Virus record (IMG/VR): IMGVR_UViG_2565956724_000008
Coordinates: 1 to 47,980 of that record
DNA length: 47,980 nt
Direction: 5' to 3' (one strand)
Origin: a virus
Taxonomy: Duplodnaviria > Heunggongvirae > Uroviricota > Caudoviricetes
In this document: piece after piece, positions 1 through 9,227 of the stretch
Layout of the letters: every line of letters begins with the position of its first letter
Position numbering within the stretch: position 1 is the stretch's first letter
Position numbers and translations under genes: made by a program
The notes under the pieces: model-generated
The model's database searches: none
Seen by the model: the letters and a program-made list of their open reading frames with translations, nothing else
What the model was told of the DNA's origin: nothing

Positions 1-318
1 ATGAAAAAGATAGCTGCTATATCATTAATTAGTATTTTTATTATGTCTGGTTGTGCTGTGCATAATGATGAGACAAGTATCGGTAAATTTGGTCTTGCAT
101 ATAAAAGTAATATTCAGCGTAAACTCGATAACCAATACTACACCGAAGCCGAAGCTTCTTTAGCCAGGGGTAGAATATCTGGTGCAGAAAATATAGTAAA
201 AAATGATGCAACTCATTTCTGTGTTACTCAGGGCAAAAAAATGCAAATAGTTGAGCTGAAGACAGAAGGTGTAGGATTACATGGTGTCGCTCGTCTGACA
301 TTCAAATGTGGAGAGTGA
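1..318 (+). CDS. putative small lipoprotein; host flank outside the prophage att core
   Basis: ORF from ATG at window start; N-terminal signal peptide with lipobox-like MSGC; AT-rich; lies outside the att core at 478..504. Family not recognised. Confidence 0.5.
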   Translation: MKKIAAISLISIFIMSGCAVHNDETSIGKFGLAYKSNIQRKLDNQYYTEAEASLARGRISGAENIVKNDATHFCVTQGKKMQIVELKTEGVGLHGVARLTFKCGE

Positions 319-380
319 GAATATTTTTTGGTAAGCGTCAAATATGCGCGTTCTGGCTGTGCGTAGCCGGAACCTGTGGG

Positions 381-413
381 AGCACGATGCCGATAAGTGA
401 AAGGCATCGTGCT
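381..413. repeat. perfect 11-bp stem / 11-nt loop inverted repeat (agcacgatgcc...ggcatcgtgct)
   Basis: Read directly from sequence; no T-run on either side, so not a classic intrinsic terminator. Confidence 0.4.
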
Positions 414-477
414 ATGAAGGAGGATTCTATCGATGTGGTCAATGGAAGACGGTTACCAGAGATAGGGCTTATGCATA

Positions 478-504
478 AAAAAATAAGCCCGTGTAAGGGA
501 GATT
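478..504. other. P2-type attachment site core (prophage/host junction)
   Basis: Sequence aaaaaataagcccgtgtaagggagatt matches the phage P2 att core as I recall it; located about 80 bp beyond the int stop, as expected for a P2 prophage end. Confidence 0.5.
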
Positions 505-583
505 TAGGGTGTCACCAGTAGGGGCTTTCAACGGTACAATGCGGGTTTGAGCGGCATAAATTACCACTGAAAGCCCTTAAACG

Positions 584-1597
584 TTACTCTACTGTGGACA
601 CTGTGTGGACACTCTCGGCCTCAGTACCACCTCTTAGCGGATTAAGAGAAATGGCGTCCTGAAGGTACTCTGGCGCAAAATGAGCGTAAACCATAGTTTG
701 CTCAATCCGCGTGTGACCTAGTATCCGTTGTAGCGTGATAATACTTCCTCCATTAATCATGAAATGAGTGGCAAAGCTGTGCCTTAGTGCATGTGTGGCT
801 TGCCCCATTGGCAAATCCGGTTTTATTGCTTTCATTGTTCGTCTGAAGCGAGGGTAATCAGCATCAGGGAATAAAAAACCTCGTTTGTTATCCGCGATCA
901 TTTTGGCAACAGCCTCTGAGATCGGGACGGTGCGTGGTTTGTTTGTTTTCGTTTTAACAAACGTGACGCGGTTATGGATGATATTTTCTGCTTTCAAACG
1001 AGCTGCTTCTCCCCAACGTGCTCCAGTACTCAGGCAAAGAATCGCAATCTTTTTGTTGTCGCCGTCAAGAGCAGCAAGCAGTAAGGCAATTTCTTCCTGC
1101 GTGAGATAGCCTGTGTCTGGTTTTTCCTCCTTAAGCCTTTTTGTCCCTCTGATAGGGTGCTCACCAAAGAATAACTCCGCTTCAATCAGGGCTGTAAACA
1201 TGCCGCTAATACATGTTAAATCACGATTGATACTCGAAGGTTTAATACCCTGACTTCTTCGGGTGGCGCAGTACTGGCTGATAAGCGATTTCGTAATTTG
1301 AAATGCGCATGGGTCATTCGTTATTTTTGTGAAGATTTCAATTTTTCCAAGATTAGATTTCCCATGCTCTTCGTGTTTACCCTTTAAATCCCACCAGATC
1401 TGTGTCAGCTCCGACAGACGTCGCTTGTCTGTTGGTTTTGATAGCCATTCTTTATTGTGGTGGTTGTACAACGTGTATTTCTCGAAAGCGACAGCTTCGC
1501 TTTTCTTATCAAACTTCCTACGGATGCGTTTTCCATTACGTCCAGTAGGGCGGATGTCCACTTCATATCGACCATCATCGAGTTTTTTGATTGCCAT
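584..1597 (-). CDS. int: tyrosine integrase (P2 Int-like)
   Basis: 337 aa, the same length as P2 Int; C-terminal HxLRHxxAT...Y catalytic region (ATHALRHSFATHF...VYAHF); adjacent to att core. Confidence 0.9.
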   Translation of the reverse strand: MAIKKLDDGRYEVDIRPTGRNGKRIRRKFDKKSEAVAFEKYTLYNHHNKEWLSKPTDKRRLSELTQIWWDLKGKHEEHGKSNLGKIEIFTKITNDPCAFQITKSLISQYCATRRSQGIKPSSINRDLTCISGMFTALIEAELFFGEHPIRGTKRLKEEKPDTGYLTQEEIALLLAALDGDNKKIAILCLSTGARWGEAARLKAENIIHNRVTFVKTKTNKPRTVPISEAVAKMIADNKRGFLFPDADYPRFRRTMKAIKPDLPMGQATHALRHSFATHFMINGGSIITLQRILGHTRIEQTMVYAHFAPEYLQDAISLNPLRGGTEAESVHTVSTVE

Positions 1598-1712
1598 CAG
1601 AAAACCCTCCGAGTGGTGTGTTTTTTTGCGACTACTAATCGCTTTTTTCGTGGTGGCTGAAATTTAGCCACCAATAGTAGGCACTTGTGATGAATATATT
1701 CACGATGAATTG

Positions 1713-2012
1713 TTAACCAGTCTTTTGACCGGAGTGGGGCGACGTTGTTTCGTTTTGCCCAAAGTGTGCGAGAGCGGGCGCAATTTGCCCGGACTCAGGA
1801 GCGATCTGATTGGTCATGAACCATAAAGTGTATTTGGTGAATTGTGGGGTCTGCAGGATGTTCATCATGACATCTGTTGGAGGTGTTGAACGACCACTTT
1901 CATAGTAACTCAGCGTGCCATACGGAACCCCTGTTAAATCAGCAAGTTGTTGTCTGCTCAAATACTCTGATTTTCGCATTAAGACTATCTTCTCGCTTAT
2001 CGTGTTTGACAT
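1713..2012 (-). CDS. C: immunity repressor C (P2 C-like, HTH)
   Basis: 99 aa as in P2 C; HTH-like segment (LSRQQLADLTGVPYGTLSYYE); divergent from cox across an operator-bearing intergenic region. Confidence 0.85.
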   Translation of the reverse strand: MSNTISEKIVLMRKSEYLSRQQLADLTGVPYGTLSYYESGRSTPPTDVMMNILQTPQFTKYTLWFMTNQIAPESGQIAPALAHFGQNETTSPHSGQKTG

Positions 2013-2015
2013 GGT

Positions 2016-2045
2016 GTTTAGATCTCAATAGTATTTAGTTTAGAT
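2016..2045. promoter_or_regulatory. C-repressor operator-like direct repeats (two GTTTAGAT copies spaced 22 bp) in the Pe/Pc switch region
   Basis: GTTTAGAT at 2016..2023 and 2038..2045 read from sequence, with an A/T-rich -10-like stretch between; matches the known P2 architecture of two 8-bp direct-repeat operators flanking the Pe -10. Confidence 0.5.
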
Positions 2046-2126
2046 GTAGATTGTTTAGTGCTTGGATGTGGGCACTAAAAGGCATTATAAGACATTAAAC
2101 GCAATTCATGAGGGCTAGAGGACGAC

Positions 2127-2402
2127 ATGAGCAAGCAAGTAACACTCATGACTGATGCGATTCCTTATCAGGAGTTCGCAAAACTAATAGGAAAATCGAC
2201 AGGAGCGGTTCGTCGGATGATCGATAAAGGAAAGCTGCCTGTAATTGATATGACCGATCCACAATCAGCTTCAGGTCGTGCTGGTGAATATTGGGTATAC
2301 CTTCCGGCATGGAATAACGGACTAAAACTGGCTTATGAAAGCCGACCTAAAGAGATTCGTGACGGCTGGTTGATGTGGTTAGGTCTCGGTGAACCACGTT
2401 AA
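2127..2402 (+). CDS. cox: Cox excisionase / transcriptional repressor of Pc
   Basis: 91 aa as in P2 Cox; first gene of the early rightward operon, opposite C. Confidence 0.85.
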   Translation: MSKQVTLMTDAIPYQEFAKLIGKSTGAVRRMIDKGKLPVIDMTDPQSASGRAGEYWVYLPAWNNGLKLAYESRPKEIRDGWLMWLGLGEPR

Positions 2403-2583
2403 GGAGAACCGTATGAATGAGCCTCGTTGTATTGCTCAGTTACTGCGTAACGAAAGCCCCAGGGCGATTGACTTCACCATCACCCACGGTAAGGGGCGTA
2501 AGGGAATCATTATCCGCACCAAAAAACAGAGTCCGTTAAAAAAGGCTCTGACCTTTCTGAAAAGCCGGAGGGTATGGAAATGA
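2389..2583 (+). CDS. hypothetical early protein (P2 orf78 position)
   Basis: Small basic ORF between cox and B, overlapping both gene ends; true start may be the internal MNEPRC. Confidence 0.45.
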   Translation: MNHVKENRMNEPRCIAQLLRNESPRAIDFTITHGKGRKGIIIRTKKQSPLKKALTFLKSRRVWK

Positions 2584-3080
2584 CAGTGATGACGCTCAAT
2601 CTCGTTGAAAAACAGCCAGCAGCTATGCGCCGGATAATTGGTAAGCATCTTGCCGTTCCTCGCTGGCAAGATACATGTGATTATTATAATCAGATGATGG
2701 AGCGCGAACGGCTAACAGTTTGCTTTCATGCGCAGTTAAAACAGCGTCACGCAACGATGCGTTTTGAAGAAATGAACGACGTCGAACGTGAACGACTGGT
2801 ATGTGCAATTGATGAATTGCGTGGGGCATTCTCAAAACGTCGTCAGGTCGGTGCAAGTGAGTATGCATATATTAGTTTTTTAACAGTCAGTCAGCGTCGT
2901 ACTTTATTTATGCATGCCGGATTGACTGAAAAAGAATTTAACCAGCCATACTGGCGAATTAATGAAGAGTCATGTTACTGGCGTGATGCTTTATTCCGTG
3001 CATTACGTGAATTATTCAGCCTGTTTGAGTATGCACCGACAATTCTGACGTCGGTAAAACCAGAGCAATATCTGCATTAA
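2574..3080 (+). CDS. B: replication protein B (P2 B-like, helicase-loader function)
   Basis: 168 aa versus P2 B of about 166 aa; position between cox and A. Confidence 0.75.
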   Translation: MEMTVMTLNLVEKQPAAMRRIIGKHLAVPRWQDTCDYYNQMMERERLTVCFHAQLKQRHATMRFEEMNDVERERLVCAIDELRGAFSKRRQVGASEYAYISFLTVSQRRTLFMHAGLTEKEFNQPYWRINEESCYWRDALFRALRELFSLFEYAPTILTSVKPEQYLH

Positions 3081-3143
3081 GTAATTAACCAGAGTTTTTA
3101 ACGCACTTAATCGTGCGGGGCTTCTTTTTGCCTGGAGAAAGTT

Positions 3144-3368
3144 ATGCATACAGTTTCTGAAAATCAGTGCGGTAAATACGCATTACTGCTGCAACAGGCC
3201 AGAACCGAAGCACAGGCCGACGCTGCGACGCGCTTTTCTTCTCATCTTGATGCCATGATTCGCCACATCACAAAGGCGGAGTTATCCCGCGTGGAGATAG
3301 TCGAGCTGCTCAGTCAGGAGTCGGAAAAATTTCACAATATCGGATTGTCTCGCGGGGAGGTGCTTTGA
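3144..3368 (+). CDS. hypothetical early protein (P2 orf80 position)
   Basis: 74-aa ORF in the B-to-A early operon, good coding context. Confidence 0.55.
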   Translation: MHTVSENQCGKYALLLQQARTEAQADAATRFSSHLDAMIRHITKAELSRVEIVELLSQESEKFHNIGLSRGEVL

Positions 3369-3670
3369 TGTCCTGTTCTCGTTCAGTTGTATTACTGAAT
3401 AACGCCTTAAAAATCGCCGTTATGAAAAATGGCGATTTGTCTCTTATTCAACTTGGTCTTGATAAAGAAAAACGCGAAATAACTGAGTCTGTTATCGCGA
3501 TTTATCAGAACGAATTAAACCTCCTGTCTGATGTGGTCAATTTGCTTGTTAAACGCGCTGTGTTTCACAAGCAAATCTCCTCCGTGGATGAACTGACGAA
3601 ATTAACGACAGAAATCGCCAGCTATTGCGCTGATGAATTTAAAAACCTTAACGACAAAAGGAACTGGTAA
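3365..3670 (+). CDS. hypothetical early protein (P2 orf81 position)
   Basis: 101-aa ORF; start overlaps the previous stop (ATGA), suggesting translational coupling. Confidence 0.55.
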   Translation: MMSCSRSVVLLNNALKIAVMKNGDLSLIQLGLDKEKREITESVIAIYQNELNLLSDVVNLLVKRAVFHKQISSVDELTKLTTEIASYCADEFKNLNDKRNW

Positions 3671-3894
3671 TGCCGGACAACGTAGATTTTATTCAGGCAC
3701 AACAGGCTGAATTACTGGAGCGCCAGATTAACGCGGCAAGGGTAAAACATTGCGGTGCTTCTGCGATGGTTTGCGAAGAGTGTGACGCGCCAATACCTGC
3801 TGCCCGTCGTGCGGCTTATCCGTCAGCCACGCGTTGTGTTTCCTGTCAGTCAGTTTTTGAAGCAAAAAACAAACATTACCGGAGAACGGCATGA
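3670..3894 (+). CDS. TraR/DksA-family C4 zinc-finger protein (P2 orf82 position)
   Basis: 74 aa with CEEC...(17 aa)...CVSC four-cysteine motif typical of the TraR/DksA family. Confidence 0.65.
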   Translation: MPDNVDFIQAQQAELLERQINAARVKHCGASAMVCEECDAPIPAARRAAYPSATRCVSCQSVFEAKNKHYRRTA

Positions 3895-4166
3895 GTATTC
3901 GTATTGAAATTGGCGAACGTTATGTCGTTACCAGTGACAGCTTTCAGTTTATTCTCCACGAGAAAAAGAGAGCTGAAAGCGGTAAAAACGCCGGTCAGGA
4001 ATGGCTGGCGGTGGTTGGTTATTACCCGAAATTAAGCCAGCTCGTTTCCGGCCTGATGCATCACGATATTCTGACCGGAAGCGCAAAGTCTTTTGCTGAT
4101 TTAAACGCGCAGGTTGAGCAAATCAGCAAGCGTTGTTCAGAGGCTTTTGGCTCATATGGCCGTTAA
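3891..4166 (+). CDS. hypothetical early protein (P2 orf83 position)
   Basis: 91-aa ORF immediately upstream of and overlapping the A start. Confidence 0.55.
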   Translation: MSIRIEIGERYVVTSDSFQFILHEKKRAESGKNAGQEWLAVVGYYPKLSQLVSGLMHHDILTGSAKSFADLNAQVEQISKRCSEAFGSYGR

Positions 4167-6429
4167 AGCCTCCGGGCGTTTTGTCCCTCCGTCAGCATTT
4201 GCCGCAGGCACCGGTAAGACGTTTACCGGTGCTTATGCATGGAACGCGCCACGCGAGGCCGTCGGGCGCGAAAGACCCCTTACACGTGACGAGATGCGTC
4301 AGGTGCAAGGTGTTTTATCCACGATTAACCGCCTGCCTTACTTTTTGCGCTCGCTGTTTACTTCACGCTATGACTACATCCGGCGCAATAAAAGCCCGGT
4401 GCACGGGTTTTATTTCCTCACATCCACTTTTCAGCGTCGTTTATGGCCGCGCATTGAGCGTGTGAATCAGCGCCATGAAATGAACACCGACGCGTCGTTG
4501 CTGTTTCTGGCAGAGCGTGATCACTATGCGCGCCTGCCGGGAATGAATGACAAGGAGCTGAAAAAGTTTGCCGCCCGTATCTCATCGCAGCTTTTCATGA
4601 TGTATGAGGAACTCAGCGATGCCTGGGTGGATGCGCATGGCGAAAAAGAATCACTGTTTACGGATGAGGCTCAGGATCACCTGTATGGTCATGTTGCTGG
4701 CGCTGCACGAGCTTTCAATATTTCCCCTCTCTACTGGAAAAAATACCGTAAAAGACAGATGACCACGAGGCAGGCATATTCTGCCATTGCCCGTCTGTTT
4801 AACGATGAGTGGTGGACTCATCAGCTTAAAGGCCAGCGTATGCGCTGGCATGAAGCGTTACTGATAGCTGTCGGGGAGGTCAATAAAGACCGTTCTCCTT
4901 ATGCCAGTAAACACGCCATTCGTGATGTGCGTGCGCGCCGCCAGGCAAATCTGGAATTTCTTAAATCGTGTGACCTTGAAAACAGGGAAACCGGCGAGCG
5001 CATCGACCTTATCAGTAAGGTGATGGGCAGTATTTCTAATCCTGAAATTCGCCGGATGGAGCTGATGAACACCATTGCCGGTATTGAGCGTTACGCCGCT
5101 GCAGAGGGTGATGTGGGGATGTTTATCACGCTGACCGCGCCGTCAAAGTATCACCCGACACGTCAGGTAGGAAAAGGCGAAAGTAAAACCGTGCAGCTTA
5201 ATCACGGCTGGAACGATGAGGCATTTAATCCAAAGGATGCGCAGCGTTATCTCTGCCGTATCTGGAGCCTGATGCGCACGGCATTCAAGGATAATGATTT
5301 ACAGGTCTACGGTTTGCGTGTCGTCGAGCCACACCACGACGGAACGCCGCACTGGCATATGATGCTTTTTTGTAATTCACGCCAGCGTAACCAGATTATC
5401 GAAATCATGCGTCGCTATGCGCTCAAAGAGGATGGCGACGAAAGAGGAGCCGCGCGAAACCGTTTTCAGGCAAAACACCTTAACCGGGGCGGTGCTGCGG
5501 GATATATCGCGAAATACATTTCAAAAAACATCGACGGCTATGCACTGGATGGTCAGCTCGATAACGACACCGGCAGGCCGCTGAAAGACACTGCAGCGGC
5601 TGTTACCGCATGGGCGTCAACGTGGCGCATCCCGCAATTTAAAACGGTTGGCCTGCCGACAATGGGGGCTTACCGTGAACTACGCAAATTGCCGCGCGGC
5701 GTCAGCATTGCTGATGAGTTTGACGAGCGCGTCGAGGCTGCACGCGCCGCCGCAGACAGTGGTGATTTTGCGTTGTATATCAGCGCGCAGGGTGGGGCAA
5801 ATGTCCCGCGCGATTGTCAGACTGTCAGAGTCGCCCGTAGCCCGTCGGATGAAGTTAACGAGTACGAGGAAGAAGTCGAGAGAGTGGTCGGCATTTACGC
5901 GCCGCATCTCGGCGCGCGTCATATTCATATCACCAGAACGACGGACTGGCGCATTGTGCCGAAAGTTCCGGTCGTTGAGCCTTTGACTTTAAAAAGCGGC
6001 ATCGCCGCGCCTCGGAGTCCTGTCAATAACTGTGGAAAGCTCACTGGTGGTGATACTTCGTTACCGGCTCCCACACCTTCTGAGCACGCCGCAGCAGTGC
6101 TTAATCTGGTAGATGACGGTGTTATCGAATGGAATGACCCGGAGGTCGTGAGAGCGCTCAGAAGTGCATTAAAACACGGCCTGAGAAGACCAAACCGTCA
6201 GCAAAGAAACGGAAGCCCGTTAAAACCGCATGAAATAGCGCCATCGGCCAGACTGACCCGGTCGGAACGAATGCAAATTACCCGTATCCGCGTTGACCTT
6301 ACTCAGAACGGTATCAGGCCTCAGCGATGGGAGCTTGAGGCGCTGGCGCGTGGGGCAACTGTAAATTATGACGGGAAAAAATTCACGTATCCGGTTGCTG
6401 ATGAGTGGTCGGGATTTTCCTCAAACTAA
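4156..6429 (+). CDS. A: rolling-circle replication initiator endonuclease A
   Basis: Long ORF; I place the start at in-frame ATG 4156 (MAVKASGRF..., as in P2 A) rather than ORF-track 4114; P2 A is about 761 aa. Contains HxH-type (PHWHMM) and YIAKYISK motifs of rolling-circle Rep proteins. Confidence 0.9.
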   Translation: MAVKASGRFVPPSAFAAGTGKTFTGAYAWNAPREAVGRERPLTRDEMRQVQGVLSTINRLPYFLRSLFTSRYDYIRRNKSPVHGFYFLTSTFQRRLWPRIERVNQRHEMNTDASLLFLAERDHYARLPGMNDKELKKFAARISSQLFMMYEELSDAWVDAHGEKESLFTDEAQDHLYGHVAGAARAFNISPLYWKKYRKRQMTTRQAYSAIARLFNDEWWTHQLKGQRMRWHEALLIAVGEVNKDRSPYASKHAIRDVRARRQANLEFLKSCDLENRETGERIDLISKVMGSISNPEIRRMELMNTIAGIERYAAAEGDVGMFITLTAPSKYHPTRQVGKGESKTVQLNHGWNDEAFNPKDAQRYLCRIWSLMRTAFKDNDLQVYGLRVVEPHHDGTPHWHMMLFCNSRQRNQIIEIMRRYALKEDGDERGAARNRFQAKHLNRGGAAGYIAKYISKNIDGYALDGQLDNDTGRPLKDTAAAVTAWASTWRIPQFKTVGLPTMGAYRELRKLPRGVSIADEFDERVEAARAAADSGDFALYISAQGGANVPRDCQTVRVARSPSDEVNEYEEEVERVVGIYAPHLGARHIHITRTTDWRIVPKVPVVEPLTLKSGIAAPRSPVNNCGKLTGGDTSLPAPTPSEHAAAVLNLVDDGVIEWNDPEVVRALRSALKHGLRRPNRQQRNGSPLKPHEIAPSARLTRSERMQITRIRVDLTQNGIRPQRWELEALARGATVNYDGKKFTYPVADEWSGFSSN

Positions 6430-6601
6430 TAATGGTGTTTGACAAAGAGATGTTGATGAGACTAAGAATTTTATTTATCTGTATAACCATTCGGTTAGAG
6501 TACAATAGTTTCGAGTGATATGAATAAAAATAACGGCTAAGTTTTCAACATGCGATTGTTATGGGTTGGATTAAGGATAAGTAACTATATGAAATAATAT
6601 A

Positions 6602-6634
6602 GGGCAAGAAGGTGTTCTTGCCCTTTGTTTATTT
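6602..6634. terminator. bidirectional rho-independent terminator between convergent A and SIR2 genes
   Basis: gggcaagaa-ggtg-ttcttgccc hairpin followed by tttgtttattt on + and by a T-rich run on -; read directly. Confidence 0.6.
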
Positions 6635-9227
6635 AAGCGGCAATTTCCATATTGCTTTTATATTTTAAGAGAGCGTTTTGGGGAACTGCTGGCCAAGCTA
6701 AGAATCTATAATAGTTCATATAATCTTTTTCTATCAGGTTTTTTAGTTGTTTGTTTGCTTTAAATTCATCGTCAAGTAAAAAGAATGCACACATGGCTGC
6801 ATCACCTTTTGAATTGTTATGTGCTAAAACTGAATTTATGTCGTTTTCTTTAATGTCTTGATTGTCTTTTTTCTTGGCAACTTCTCTGTTTATTATTAAG
6901 ACATCTCTCTCTCTGTAGTCTTTAATTTTGTCAAGGTTTTCATTGACTATATTAATTGTTTCTTTATAGTTTCCTGCAAGCAGGTTGGTATAAGCTTTGC
7001 CTAAAATATAATTACTGAATCCATAACCTTTATCATAAGCTTCATCAAGAAGTTCTATCGCTTTTTTGAAATCACTGTTTAAAGATGCAATATCGGATTT
7101 TAATTTCAGAATGGTAATTTCTGATTTGTTTCTTGGCAGGCTGTCAATAAACTCTTCTGCCAGTTTGATGTTGTTTTTATTAATTAATAATATGTCCACA
7201 ATACTATCCGCATGATTACTCTTCCACGGATGATTCATGGCTTCTTTAGCTAATTCAATGCCTGCATTAATGTCTCTGTTGCAGCCTATCTCATATCGAG
7301 CTTTAAATATAATGAAAGGAGCAATTCTTGCAATGTCGCCCTCTTCTTCATATTTATCAATGAAGCCTTTCATTAAACTGGGAGTGTTTTCATCGAAGTC
7401 TGTTTCAAATAAAGACAGGTGTAGTTTTGTTAAATATCTTAATATGTTTCTCTTTTTGTTTTTCGATGACGTTTTGTAAATGTTGGATAATGTTTCTATG
7501 CACAATAATGTTTTTTCTTTTTTTTGTAATGCACAAGTAAAATCAGTGTATAACGACAAATATGTATCGTGGGTAGGGTTGATTTCATTTATTTGGTCGA
7601 GCATTTCTTGTATTAAATTATTACAATCTTTCTTATCATAGCTTGATTGATGTTTTATCATTATTGCGTCATATTTTATTCTCCAAGCGATATTGTCTAG
7701 ATCGCTACTTTGGAGTAAGCTCTTATCAATTAGGTTATGTATTTCATCAAAGGTTATTAATCCCTCGTCATGATTTTCCAGATGAAGAATAGCAATTCTG
7801 CTTAAATGATTCTTAAGGTTTATGCTATATGGGAATTTTTCTAGCAATCCCTTAAGGTAATGTATTTTTTCCTTTAGATCTGTGAATATGTTTGTTCTTG
7901 ATAGGGCGTAATTTATATTAAACTCATCAAGAGCGATAAGTTTATCACTGATTTCTAATGCAGACTTTGTATCTTTTTGTTCTTCTTTTATTTCAATTAG
8001 CCTGCGCAGGTATTTGGATTTTATATTGTCATTATCAGCGTTATCGATTAATTCCTTTAGTTTTGTCTCAGCGCTTAAATATTTTTTGTTTCTAATGAGG
8101 TTGTCAATGTATAACAAATTCTTGAAATTTTCTTCAGGGATCTTTTGATCGTCTAAGTCATTTTGGGATAACTCATTTATTAATGATGATATGTCATGTG
8201 TTAGAGTGTATCTTTTTAATTTTGAAAGATCGGATTTGATAATGTCATTTTTAGATAATTTGTACTCATCAGTTATAAAATTTTGGATCATCATCTCTCT
8301 TTTTGTGGATTTTTGATTCCCTCCAAAAGAGAGTGCGCAACCTAATTCAAGGGCTAGTTCTGCCATTAACTCATCAAAGCCTTCTATTTCTACCCAATAA
8401 ACTTTCTCTTGACCTAGAAGCCTAATTAGTTCTGGTGGGATGGCGTCATTTTGTCTTACGCACCAATATACCCCATTCCGTAGGTAATCGTCCTGTTTTA
8501 ATAAATGTTTTAAAACATCCATGATAGAGCTGTCATTGCCAGCATAACCAACAAAAATAATCCCGTATTCTTTAGTGAATTCAGTTAGTTTTTCACGAGT
8601 GTTACCTTCTAATGACTCGGTTTCTTTTAAAGAGCTTTTTATGCTATCAAATAGATAATCACCATGTAATTTTATTATTTTGGGTCTTGAAGAAGTAATT
8701 GAGACGCCTTTAATTGATGAGTCATGTGCGCATAATAATGGTCTGTCAGAAGAAAATTGATAAAATGCTTCATTTATTAAATCGTCAAAATTTGTTGTGA
8801 AGACAGTATCAAAAAACTTTGATTCAAATAGTTCAACGAGATAAGCATATCCAATTGAAGGTAATTTTTTGTCTACTTGAAGCTCAACAAATCTTCTGCG
8901 TTGAGATGGGAGATCAAATTTCTTTTCAAAAAGAGAGGAGTATTCATTGTTTGGGTCGTACCAGACTGGATGGTTTTTGGATAGCCATTTTTTAGCTTCT
9001 TCGGCATCGATATATTCTTCATTGGATAGTCTTGTGTATATCTCTTCTCTCCATTTTGCAACTAACTCTTGACCAGTTTTTATTCCTGATGTAACGGATG
9101 CACCAGCACCAAGAAAGAGTGAATAGTTAGGTGATGTACCTGATTTGATTTTTATATAATCAGCTAAATCTTTAACTGTTCTTTTTTTGGCAACCAGTTG
9201 TTCCTTGGTAGTATCACGATCAGACAT
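6633..9227 (-). CDS. SIR2-domain protein with long C-terminal helical-repeat region; candidate anti-phage NADase (DSR-like) in the P2 tin/old slot
   Basis: 864 aa; N-terminal motifs FLGAGASVTSG, TTNFDDL and KLHGDY match the sirtuin-like Rossmann NAD-binding fold; C-terminal ~550 aa is K/N/I/L/E-rich with TPR-like appearance; gene visibly AT-rich compared with flanking phage genes; GGAGGG Shine-Dalgarno before the ATG. Confidence 0.7.
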   Translation of the reverse strand: MSDRDTTKEQLVAKKRTVKDLADYIKIKSGTSPNYSLFLGAGASVTSGIKTGQELVAKWREEIYTRLSNEEYIDAEEAKKWLSKNHPVWYDPNNEYSSLFEKKFDLPSQRRRFVELQVDKKLPSIGYAYLVELFESKFFDTVFTTNFDDLINEAFYQFSSDRPLLCAHDSSIKGVSITSSRPKIIKLHGDYLFDSIKSSLKETESLEGNTREKLTEFTKEYGIIFVGYAGNDSSIMDVLKHLLKQDDYLRNGVYWCVRQNDAIPPELIRLLGQEKVYWVEIEGFDELMAELALELGCALSFGGNQKSTKREMMIQNFITDEYKLSKNDIIKSDLSKLKRYTLTHDISSLINELSQNDLDDQKIPEENFKNLLYIDNLIRNKKYLSAETKLKELIDNADNDNIKSKYLRRLIEIKEEQKDTKSALEISDKLIALDEFNINYALSRTNIFTDLKEKIHYLKGLLEKFPYSINLKNHLSRIAILHLENHDEGLITFDEIHNLIDKSLLQSSDLDNIAWRIKYDAIMIKHQSSYDKKDCNNLIQEMLDQINEINPTHDTYLSLYTDFTCALQKKEKTLLCIETLSNIYKTSSKNKKRNILRYLTKLHLSLFETDFDENTPSLMKGFIDKYEEEGDIARIAPFIIFKARYEIGCNRDINAGIELAKEAMNHPWKSNHADSIVDILLINKNNIKLAEEFIDSLPRNKSEITILKLKSDIASLNSDFKKAIELLDEAYDKGYGFSNYILGKAYTNLLAGNYKETINIVNENLDKIKDYRERDVLIINREVAKKKDNQDIKENDINSVLAHNNSKGDAAMCAFFLLDDEFKANKQLKNLIEKDYMNYYRFLAWPAVPQNALLKYKSNMEIAA

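Noticed and set aside
306-521. 71-aa ORF between the lipoprotein gene and int
   Set aside because: It overlaps the hairpin and the att core, has no ribosome-binding site context, and has a Cys/Arg-rich composition; probably non-coding.
320-583. tRNA gene at the prophage integration site
   Set aside because: No cloverleaf-like sequence recognised near the att core; P2-family att sites are typically not in tRNA genes. Not checked with a tRNA scanner.
3081-3143. Intrinsic terminator after gene B (cgcac-ttaatc-gtgcg followed by a T-containing tract)
   Set aside because: The stem is only 5 bp and the U-tract is interrupted; too weak to call.
4114-4155. ORF-track start for gene A at 4114 (and similar upstream extensions for P at 12557, O at 12635, L at 15474, X at 15974, V at 19701)
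   Set aside because: Internal in-frame ATGs give N-termini and lengths matching the P2 proteins and avoid long overlaps with upstream genes; the longer versions are probably ORF-finder extensions.
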